From Nitrospirota bacterium (GTDB lineage: Bacteria; Nitrospirota; JACRHJ01): 17,531 nt of DNA. Below are positions 7,050 to 15,363 of this stretch, piece after piece. The stretch is taken from the NCBI GenBank assembly GCA_963845245.1, contig CAWJRJ010000029.1, positions 1 through 17,531 of the forward strand, written 5' to 3'. The notes below the pieces were generated by a model that saw only the letters and a list, made by a program, of their open reading frames with translations, was not told the DNA's origin and made no database searches. Numbering within the stretch: the first letter of the stretch is position 1; each line of letters begins with the position of its first letter. Both the position numbers and the translations under genes were made by a program.

Positions 7050-10000
7050 CTATTGTGCTATGAAACCGTAATTATGCAGATGACAGGCTGTGCATTTCTT
7101 GCCAGTATAATCTTGGCCGTCTGCGTGGGTGCTTTGGCCTAAACCGTCGCGTCTGTAATATTTTGTTGCCGTGTGACAGACCTCGCATATGCTATTATGA
7201 TTTGTATCTCCGTCGGCAAACGAATCAGCCCCTGTTTGGCTGGTAAACCGGACAGCCCTATCCGAGAAGTCAGGAGTGTGCACCGTCTCCCTTACGTCCG
7301 AGAGGTTGCCGGAGTTGTGCGCCTGGTGGCAGATAAGGCAGTTGGCGTCCTTGTGCGTATTCTCTCCGTGGCAGTCCCAGCAGAGGTTATTGTACTGAGT
7401 GGTTTGTCGTAGATACGGGTAGTCTAACGTGACATAGTAATAAGTGGACAAAGGCTGAGGTGAATTGAAGGTTATAATACCGGAATACTCGTTGTATACA
7501 TATTCGGTCTGGCTAACATCATATGCCTTTTTGTCCTTTGAATACTGCGGCGCGGCCAACTGTTCCGTAGTCCTGTAAACTATTGGTTTCATGTACCCCT
7601 CTGAGGCCCAGCCGCCGTTCTGGAGGATATACCTCTGATTGTCTACAGTTGCCGTACTTTCCCATACCCTGGCGGGGTCATCCGTCTTTCCCATAGTGTT
7701 GTGGCAGGTAACACATGTTATCTTATCCCCATCTTTCAGCCTGGTATAGGGAGAATCATTATACTCGGCGGAGGTAATAATGCCGTAGGAAGGCCACCAT
7801 GCTTTCCCGGCGGCAGTGGCGGCGGTCATGCTTTTCATCACATGCCCGCCTTCAGCTAAAATGGGCTTGTCGTGCGAGGAGGCGGCGGTGTTGTGGCAGG
7901 AGTAGCAGAAGCCAGGGTCTGCCTTATATTCCGCTTTCAGGAAATTGTCGGTCGGGATGTGGCAGAGGGAGCAACCCTGAGCCGATGAATTTGAATCCCA
8001 ATTGGCTATTGTTAACTCGGACCGGTCATTCACTGTCGTGATAACATTTATTTGTTTATAGCCGGAGTTTCCTGCCGTATCCGTTACTTCGAGCATCAAT
8101 TGCCAGATTTTGCCCGAAGCAGGTATAGTCCAAAGATAGCTCCATGGGTCTAGTCCGGAGACGCTATTCCACGTCGAACCCTCGTCTGTAGACACCCTCA
8201 CGGTTGATACCCCCGTGCCATCGTCAAGCACTCTTCCGGTCACAAGAAAAGAATTGGAATTAATAATCGATTGGTCTGGGGGTGAGGTAAAATAAAAATC
8301 GGGCTGTACGGTCACCTGAACATATACGGTGTTACGATAGTCAAATAGTTCGTAATGATTAACCTTATCCGTTGCTTTGCTTAGAATGATAACCTCACCC
8401 TTTGAGTTCTTTATATTGCTTCTGTAGCTCCAGGTCGCCCATGTCCCGTTTCCGGAAGTATCCGTAGCCAGGCTCCAGGTACTTCCACCGTCAATGGATA
8501 CCTCAACCTTGTCAACCCCGGAACCGTCACCGTCGGTTGCGGTGCCGGTAACGATTGTATTGCATGTTACGGAATCCCCCCAATGCGGAGATGTTATAAA
8601 AGACATTGGGGGGTTATTGTCAACAACAACCGAAACACCTGGCCCCGGTTCCTCAACGTTGCCAACGCTATCTGTAGTCCGGGACTTGATAGTATATTTA
8701 CCGTCACGGTCTTTCGGCAAAGTCCAGGTATAATTCCAAGTGCCCCAATTAGGAGAAGATATTAGAGCCTGTCTCCAGGTGTCGTCAATAAAGACTTCAA
8801 CTTGTTTGGTCTTATAACCCAAATCTTCATATACCTTACCGGTAATGCTACATGTATCTCCGCTTAATATGGTTTTGTTTAATGGCATTGTTATGGTGGA
8901 AGTTTGGGCCTGAGTATCATTATAATAATTTTGAAATGAACAATCTTCTGAGATTGTTCCATCAGTCCAAGCCCCTGCCCCATCTTTAGACCACAATAAC
9001 TCAAACCAATAACCCCAGCATGTCGCAAAATATTCTATTTTTATTGAATGCATTCCCGGAGAAATGTTCATCCAGGGCGACGAGTTTGTTCCGCTCCCCG
9101 CAATCCATTTATTTATGACAAGCTGGTCATCTATCCACAACCGTACACCGTCTTGTACGTTCCTGGCTTTAAAAGAGTAATTGCCGGCATTGTCAACCTT
9201 TAAATACCCGGTCCAGCGGACACTGAATTTGCTCGTAATCCCGGCTGGCAGGGTTACGTCACCATGGAACCTGTTGTAATTGTCCAACCTGTCGCACCCA
9301 GTATAGGCGGGAGAACCATTAAGCTTCGATGTATTAAAACAATTAGGCTCAGGGTCCTGGCATTCACAGCAGCAGGTGTCTTGGTAATACTCGGCATGCA
9401 GGCCGAGCGGCCCTCCGTTGCACGAAACATTTACTACCTTTGTGTCTTCGTTTCCGGCTTTGTCAACTGCCGTAACGGCATAGTAATAGTGTTTATAATC
9501 CTCTATATTATAGTCCATATAATACCATTCCCAAAATTCAGTTATCGTTGAAACAGGCTGCATGCCGGATGTATCTGAGAATGGTGTATCGCTTCGGTAA
9601 ACGTTATAGTGGTCAAAATCGAGCGGCGGGTCGTCTAAATACGACCAGTAAATTGCTATCGCCTTGCCATAAGGGCAGGCATAAGCATAATCATTTACTA
9701 TGGGGTCGGCTTCTAAGTCGGTAACTGGCGCGAGAGGGTTTTTATCCATCACTGCATACACGCTCTTGACGGCGGCTTCCGGGTTGTCGGCCATATCGGT
9801 CGCCTTTGTGGAGAAGACGTACGTCCCGTCCGGAACGTGGACGTTCTCGCCTTTTATCTTCCACTTGTACTCCCATGTCTCCCAGGTCGCGTCGTCGGTC
9901 TTGTCTTCCGGGGTTAGGTTTGCGGTGGAGGTGGGCGTGGTCACATTTGAGCTGTAGGAGTCGAACTTGAGGTCTACCCTCTTCACTCCGGAGAAGCCGG

Positions 10001-12600
10001 TTCTATTGTCAAAGGCTTTGCCTGTAATTTTTATGGTCGAGTTGTTGTCGAATAGTTTCTTATTTATGTAAGCCGTGTTGTTCGTGAACGTCACGGAATC
10101 TTTTTCGCCTGTCATGGATGAGATGGATGATTTCGGGGCGTACTGGTCGTCATTATCAAAGGCACTGCCTGTAATTTTTATGGTAGAGTTGTTGTTGAAG
10201 AACTTCTTGCCTATGTAAGCCGTGTTGTTCGTGAACGTCACGGAATCTTTTTCGCCTGTCATGGATGATATGAATGATTTCGGGGCGTACTGGTCGTCGT
10301 AAACTATGATGGGGCGGATGATGTAATGCTCGTCGTTAAATATATAATCGCCGCTGAAGTTGGCGAGAAGGACGTTGCAATTGGGGTTCTTGTCGGTCGT
10401 GTAGCCGAGGGATAAATCCGATGAGCCGTCAGGCTCTATCTTGATATAAAAAGGGTCGCCAACGATAATGTTACTGCTAAAGAGATCAATAAATGAGAGC
10501 TTGTTGAACCTGTTTACCTCAAAACTGGTCGGAGAGAGCAATGCAGTTTTTGCCGGGTTGCCTTCTGCGTCCAGGCCTTCTGTAAGAACGCTTACCTTAA
10601 CCCGCTTCACGTTATTGTCGCCGCTGTTAAGAAAGACCTTTATACCGGCCAGCGTAGCATCCGAGAGTTGGTCCACATATCTGTAATAAGGGACAAAGAG
10701 AGAGCCGAATGCGCCAGATAAACTTTTTGTGGGTGGTACAGACGAGGAGGTGTAGCTGTCGTACTGAAATGTCTCGCTGGCGGGCAGTTCTCTTTTTATG
10801 CCGACAGAACTAAAGCTGGAGAATATTGGGGCAATGGCCGAAGAATCAATGTCCTCGGCTGCAATAACTAAAGCTTCTCTTAAATCAAAAAAATGTGCTT
10901 TTGGGTTCTTTTTTAATTCTTGATAGGATTGATAATAAATCTTCGCGACCCTATCTCTGCCTGAATTATAGATAGGGCCTCCAGCAGGGTCGAGGCTAAT
11001 AATAAGTTTATACGCTGCTTTGTTTAGGATGCCTACGTTATAGTGCTCGCCGAAGTGGTCGAATGAAGTGTATAAAAAATTATCCATGTGGTCCGATGGT
11101 AGAATTCCCCTCTCATCCCATTGGTTTGGGTCCTTTGGATCTGAGAAATTTCTTCTGCATTTACCATTTTCTCCCCCTACAAAAGAATCTTCGCCGATAA
11201 GAAAATTTTTCCTATCCACCATAATTGCCCACAAATCAGAAATGTGTTCATTTATGGTTCTTGCATGCCCGTAATTATTTTGTAAATTAACAAAATTCGA
11301 CGTTACGCCGTGACCGAGTTCATGAGCGGAAATATCCAGTGCCTGGGTTAAATCTTTTCTAATTGCCCCATCTCCTCTGCCGTAAACAGCATAATAACCA
11401 TTCCATGACGAGTTCATAATATCAACGTCGTTGTTCGCTAACCCACCAAACGAGACTGCTGTATCTTTCCGGAAATTATTATCGATTGAAGTAAAATAAT
11501 TAAAAACCCTGTCGTGGTTATTTAAGACATTAACGCCTGAAGTTAAAGACCCGCCTGCCGGATTTAATAGCGAATTATCATCAACGCCTGATGCATATAA
11601 ATATAAATCACCCCCATAATTCCACGCGCTAATCGAATGGTTAATCTTGAAGTTTTCAAATGTTACGTCTACATTGAGGGTGGAAGCATTTCCAAAAACA
11701 AAATCTTGTTCTTGAATCTCAGGCCTATTAGGAACGCTGTGGGCGAGGTAAGCTTGCCCTTTCAAGTTATATACTCCAACAGTGGTTGTTGTGTTGTTCC
11801 ACAATTTCCCATTGCGGGTAGCAGGCCCTTCGCCTGCTCCCAAATCGGATGTCGTGTCCATCTTGCGAAGAATTTTCCCGTCCTTGGCGTCTATCATGAA
11901 ATCCCATGAACGGTGGTTCACCAACATCTCTACTTCATAAGCGAGTTTAAGCGTATTTCCAACTGGATATATTACGAGACTGGACTTGGGTGATCTGAAA
12001 GCATTTGCCGACGCACTCATGCTGACTTTGGCAATCTTTATCGCTTCATCGCCTGTTATCTGCGGCGTCGTATCCACGTCTGGTGTTGGGATGTTGCCTG
12101 AGCCAATCCTTTTAATATTATTGTCCTTGTCTAAGACAACACTAACGATACTTTCCCATACAGGTATACCGTTTAATGTCTGTTGAAAGTGAACATAAGT
12201 TAAGCCCTCCTTAATTGTGTGTTTCTCTTGAAATTTTAGTTCCGCCTTCGGGTTTTTCAGTCCGAACGCATTTCTGTGCCTGTCGATAAAATCAACTGCC
12301 GCTTCCTCGACAGATTTGTTTTTGTCCAAGTGGAACCTGCCTTTGAGCTTGCTTACAGTCTTCCCCGCCCACACCTCTCCGTCCTCGATGGACTCCTCCA
12401 TCATGTTCTCGACGGCCCTTCTCTCTACGGGCTTGCCATGTATTACATACTTCTTCCCTTGCCCCTTCCCCTGCTCCTCCCGGCTGCGCGAACGCTGCCG
12501 CCGCGAACAGCACCATAAACGCAAAGAATACAATCTGCCATACACCCCCGCCTCCGCCTCCGCCTCCGCTTCCGCCGCCCCCGCCGTACTTCCTTCTCAT
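7050..12600 (-). CDS. Secreted multidomain protein (~1,849 aa): signal peptide, FTP/PepSY propeptide, M4 (thermolysin-like) peptidase, beta-sandwich, Ig-like, FN3, PA14, 3x Ig-like, heptaheme cytochrome c; one frameshift near 12455-12482
   Basis: AAGGAGG RBS precedes the ATG at 12600, and the signal peptide ends ...VLFAAAAFA. Propeptide motifs: YVHFQQTLNGIPVW, PQITGDEAIKIA, LAYEV, WDFMIDAKDGKIL. Catalytic motifs: AHELGHGVT (11310-11324), INEHISD, GEHYNVGILNKAAY. PA14 motifs: FSVRWTGYL, DGVRLWIDDQLVINKW. Heme motifs in 7050-7973: CSLCH, CYSCH, CVTCH, CWDCH, CLICH, CEVCH, CTACH. Confidence 0.88.
10005..10298. repeat. In-frame tandem duplication, 2 x 147 bp (49 aa), ~91% identical
   Basis: Copies 10005-10151 and 10152-10298 encode DDQYAPKS(F/S)ISSMTGEKDSVTFTNNTAYI...KITG(S/K)AFDN. 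I count 13 mismatches by hand. Confidence 0.95.
12545..12586 (-). repeat. Poly-Gly (GGN)n low-complexity tract with GGAGGC hexamers inside the signal peptide
   Basis: Encodes GGGGGSGGGGGGGG between MRRKY and the hydrophobic h-region. Confidence 0.85.
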
Positions 12601-12626
12601 ACGCCCCTCCTTTTGTACCGCTTGGT

Positions 12627-12641
12627 TGATAAAGCTTATCA
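12627..12641. promoter_or_regulatory. Palindromic operator TGATAA-agc-TTATCA (Fur-box-like 7-1-7)
   Basis: Matches TGATAATnATTATCA at 12 of 14 positions. It lies just downstream of the predicted -10 and upstream of the RBS of the large gene. Confidence 0.5.
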
Positions 12642-12644
12642 CCC

Positions 12645-12673
12645 ATATTAAGGAAATATCATCGCAAGGTCAA
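12645..12673 (-). promoter_or_regulatory. Putative sigma70 promoter of the protease-cytochrome gene
   Basis: TTGACC-17 nt-TAATAT. Confidence 0.55.
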
Positions 12674-12708
12674 GGCATTATATTACGGATACTGCGATTT
12701 TTTAGGCT

Positions 12709-12736
12709 TTGCATTCGTTTATCCTGATGTTATACT
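12709..12736 (+). promoter_or_regulatory. Putative sigma70 promoter of the mazG-ABC operon, divergent from the large gene
   Basis: TTGCAT-16 nt-TATACT with a TGn extended -10. Confidence 0.55.
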
Positions 12737-12773
12737 TGGGAGTTTGAAAAACAGGGCTTGGATATAACAGGAA

Positions 12774-13574
12774 GTGGACAAGAAATTGAAAAAAGACAGG
12801 TTTCAGGAATTGGTGGACATCATGGCGGCACTTCGTGGTCCCGAGGGCTGCCCGTGGGACAAGGAGCAGACCCGTGACTCGCTGAAGCCGTTCCTCGTCG
12901 AAGAGACATATGAAGTGCTGGAGGCCATCGACGAGGACTCGCCCCGCAAGATAAAGGAAGAGCTCGGAGACCTGCTTTTCCAGATAATATTCCATTCCAG
13001 GGTGGCCGAGGAGAAGGGCGAGTTCAACATAGACGACGTCCTTGACGCAATAAGCGAGAAGATGATAAGGCGACACCCGCACGTGTTCGGCGAGAAGACG
13101 GAGAAGACCTCCGCGCAGGTACTTGCCGACTGGGAACAGCTGAAGAAAGCCGAGAAGGGCAATGCCGAGAGGAAGTCCATCCTTGAAGGCGTGCCCAAGG
13201 AGATGCCAGCGCTCACGCGCGCGCACCGCCTCCAGGAGCGGGCGGCAAGAGTCGGCTTTGAATGGGACAGGATAGACGACGTATTTGCAAAGCTGGATGA
13301 GGAACTCGGCGAGTTCAGGGATACATTGTCCACAAAAGACCCTTCCCGCATGGAAGACGAGCTTGGCGACGTATTCTTCGTTCTAGTGAACATATCAAGG
13401 TATATCGGGGTGAACCCAGAGGATGCGCTCCGGAAGACGATATCAAAGTTCATCTCAAGGTTCCAGTACATCGAGGAATCCGCGAAAACAACCGGCAGGG
13501 AGCTTTCCGAAATGACCCTTGAGGAGATGGACAACCTGTGGGATGAAGCAAAAGAAAGAGGGCGATGCAAATAG
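12774..13574 (+). CDS. mazG: Nucleoside triphosphate pyrophosphohydrolase MazG (two-domain)
   Basis: LRGPEGCPWDKEQT, EETYEV, EELGDLLFQIIFHS, KMIRRHPHVF, AARVGFEW, DELGDVFF and EMDNLWDEAK are all present. GTG start. Confidence 0.96.
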   Translation: MDKKLKKDRFQELVDIMAALRGPEGCPWDKEQTRDSLKPFLVEETYEVLEAIDEDSPRKIKEELGDLLFQIIFHSRVAEEKGEFNIDDVLDAISEKMIRRHPHVFGEKTEKTSAQVLADWEQLKKAEKGNAERKSILEGVPKEMPALTRAHRLQERAARVGFEWDRIDDVFAKLDEELGEFRDTLSTKDPSRMEDELGDVFFVLVNISRYIGVNPEDALRKTISKFISRFQYIEESAKTTGRELSEMTLEEMDNLWDEAKERGRCK

Positions 13575-14536
13575 GCTACGACATCATACTCCGCACCGAG
13601 AACCTTTCTAAGAAATACGGGGAGCGCTGGGCGGTAAGGGAGCTGAACCTCATGATCCCCAGGGGCGACATATTCGGTTTCCTCGGCCCCAACGGAGCAG
13701 GCAAGACCACCACCATCAGGATGATGCTTGGCCTTATCAGGCCTACATCCGGAAGCGCGTTTATTAACGGGCTGGACATACACAAAGACCCTCTGAATGC
13801 GCTGAAATGTGTTGGCGCCATAGTGGAGACCCCTTCCTTTTACGGATACCTTACAGGACGCGAAAACCTGCGGCTTCTGGGGAACATATCCGGCGGTGTC
13901 TCCGGCTCCAGGGTGGACGAGGTCCTTGAGGTTGTTGGGCTTCTCCCAAGGGCTACCGACAAGGTCAAGGGATACTCCCAGGGGATGCGCCAGAGGCTGG
14001 GCATTGCACAGGCGCTCCTCGCACGTCCGGAAATCATAATATTGGACGAGCCTACAAACGGGCTCGACCCTTCCGGTATCATTGAGATGCGCAGGCTTAT
14101 AAAAAGGCTTGCGACAGAACAAGGCATATCTATTTTCATCTCAAGCCATCTCCTGCATGAGATAGAGGCATTGTGCAAGCACGTGGCAGTAATAAACAAC
14201 GGTACGCTCATGGCACAAGGTTCGGTTGACGAACTTTTGCAAAAAGAGACACTCTGTCTGGAGCTTAAGGTCTCTGACGTGAAGAAAGCCAAGGAGATAT
14301 TTGCAGGCTTGAGATTCATTCCTTCGGTCAGGGAGGAAAACGGCATGGGCATCGAGATAACTATAGCGCGCGACCGTGTCGCCGAAGTTAATAGAAGGCT
14401 TGTGGAAGGCGGGGTCGATGTGCTTTCACTAATCCCGCGCGAGGCGTCTCTTGAGGATTTCTTCCTGGAACTGACAGGCGGCGCGAGCGGGGACCGTTCG
14501 TCCGGGAGCGCTGGGAGGAGCAGTGCAAATGTATGA
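13565..14536 (+). CDS. ABC transporter ATP-binding protein (ABC-2 exporter type, BcrA/CcmA-like)
   Basis: Walker A GPNGAGKTT, signature YSQGMRQRLG, Walker B IILDEPTNGLDP, H-loop SSHLL, C-terminal SLEDFFLELT. Overlaps the mazG stop. Confidence 0.95.
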   Translation: MQIGYDIILRTENLSKKYGERWAVRELNLMIPRGDIFGFLGPNGAGKTTTIRMMLGLIRPTSGSAFINGLDIHKDPLNALKCVGAIVETPSFYGYLTGRENLRLLGNISGGVSGSRVDEVLEVVGLLPRATDKVKGYSQGMRQRLGIAQALLARPEIIILDEPTNGLDPSGIIEMRRLIKRLATEQGISIFISSHLLHEIEALCKHVAVINNGTLMAQGSVDELLQKETLCLELKVSDVKKAKEIFAGLRFIPSVREENGMGIEITIARDRVAEVNRRLVEGGVDVLSLIPREASLEDFFLELTGGASGDRSSGSAGRSSANV

Positions 14537-15362
14537 GAGGATAATCTCACTTACAAAGGTAGAGCTCTATAAAATATCAAAGCAGAAATATTCTTATCTT
14601 CTCGTCCTTTTCATTATTTTCAACGCGGCACTGGTGGGCCTGGGGTCAAGGATATTCCCGGCTATAATGGCCGCCTTCAGGGGAGAAGGGGGCGCACAGT
14701 TTGACGGCTATACCTTTGCGTCCATAATAGCATCTGGCACCTTCGGCGCTGCCGGGGCGGGCACCATAGCGATGCTTGCGTTTTCGGGTTCCATGATAGC
14801 CGCGGAAACAGAAAGCGGCACGATAAAGAACATATTGGTACGGCCGGTCAAAAGATACCACGTCATCCTGTCGAAGGCCCTCGCACTTTTTATTTACTGC
14901 CTCATAATTGTTGTAGTCACGGCCGTCTTAAGCATCACGGCGGGCGCTTTGTCCTATGGCATGAACGATATAGCCATCCAGGAGACCGGAGAGGTGTTCA
15001 GGACCCGCTTCGAGATGTTCACCAACCTCGGCATCTCCTTCATTATGGACCTCTTCTCCATATATACCGTCGGCTGCATGGGGCTTTTGCTCTCCGTCTT
15101 GATAAACAATACCGGGTGGGCTGTCATTACCGCACTCGTGTTCTATTTCCCTGTGATGTTCCTGAAGAACTTCGACATCTTCAACCCCTGGATATTTACC
15201 GCATACATGGACAAGGGCCAGAACATACTTAGAGAGATGGCCATAGTAAAATCAAAGACGTGGACACCGGACATATACCATTTCTTTCTTATTAATATTT
15301 TTACAATCATTATACTGCTTGGGCTTTCCCTGTTTTTCTTCAGGGAGAAGGAAATACACTAA
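14529..15362 (+). CDS. ABC-2 type transporter permease
   Basis: N-terminal ELYKI, conserved IAAETESGTIKNILVRPVKRYHVILSK, about six TM segments, C-terminal FFREKEI. RBS GGAGGAG precedes the ATG at 14529. Confidence 0.9.
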   Translation: MYERIISLTKVELYKISKQKYSYLLVLFIIFNAALVGLGSRIFPAIMAAFRGEGGAQFDGYTFASIIASGTFGAAGAGTIAMLAFSGSMIAAETESGTIKNILVRPVKRYHVILSKALALFIYCLIIVVVTAVLSITAGALSYGMNDIAIQETGEVFRTRFEMFTNLGISFIMDLFSIYTVGCMGLLLSVLINNTGWAVITALVFYFPVMFLKNFDIFNPWIFTAYMDKGQNILREMAIVKSKTWTPDIYHFFLINIFTIIILLGLSLFFFREKEIH

Positions 15363-15363
15363 A

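Noticed and set aside
10005..10298. Diversity-generating retroelement TR/VR pair
   Set aside because: The mismatches are not confined to adenines of one copy (T/C, C/T and T/G changes occur). The copies are adjacent and in frame, and no reverse transcriptase is in the window.
12483..12545. ORF-track start of the 1831-aa protein (MYGRLYSL...)
   Set aside because: It has no RBS or signal peptide. The ATG at 12600 has AAGGAGG and a clear signal peptide in another frame.
12626..12642. FNR site (TTGAT...ATCA)
   Set aside because: The half-sites are 7 nt apart rather than the 4 nt of TTGAT-N4-ATCAA. A 7-1-7 Fur-type geometry fits better.
12774..13574. MazG as an anti-phage or toxin-antitoxin component
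   Set aside because: It is an ordinary two-domain housekeeping MazG with no mazEF or defence genes nearby.
12702..14550. Long antisense ORFs (12803-14122, 12702-13226, 13840-14550)
   Set aside because: They are shadows of mazG and the ABC ATPase with no recognisable motifs.
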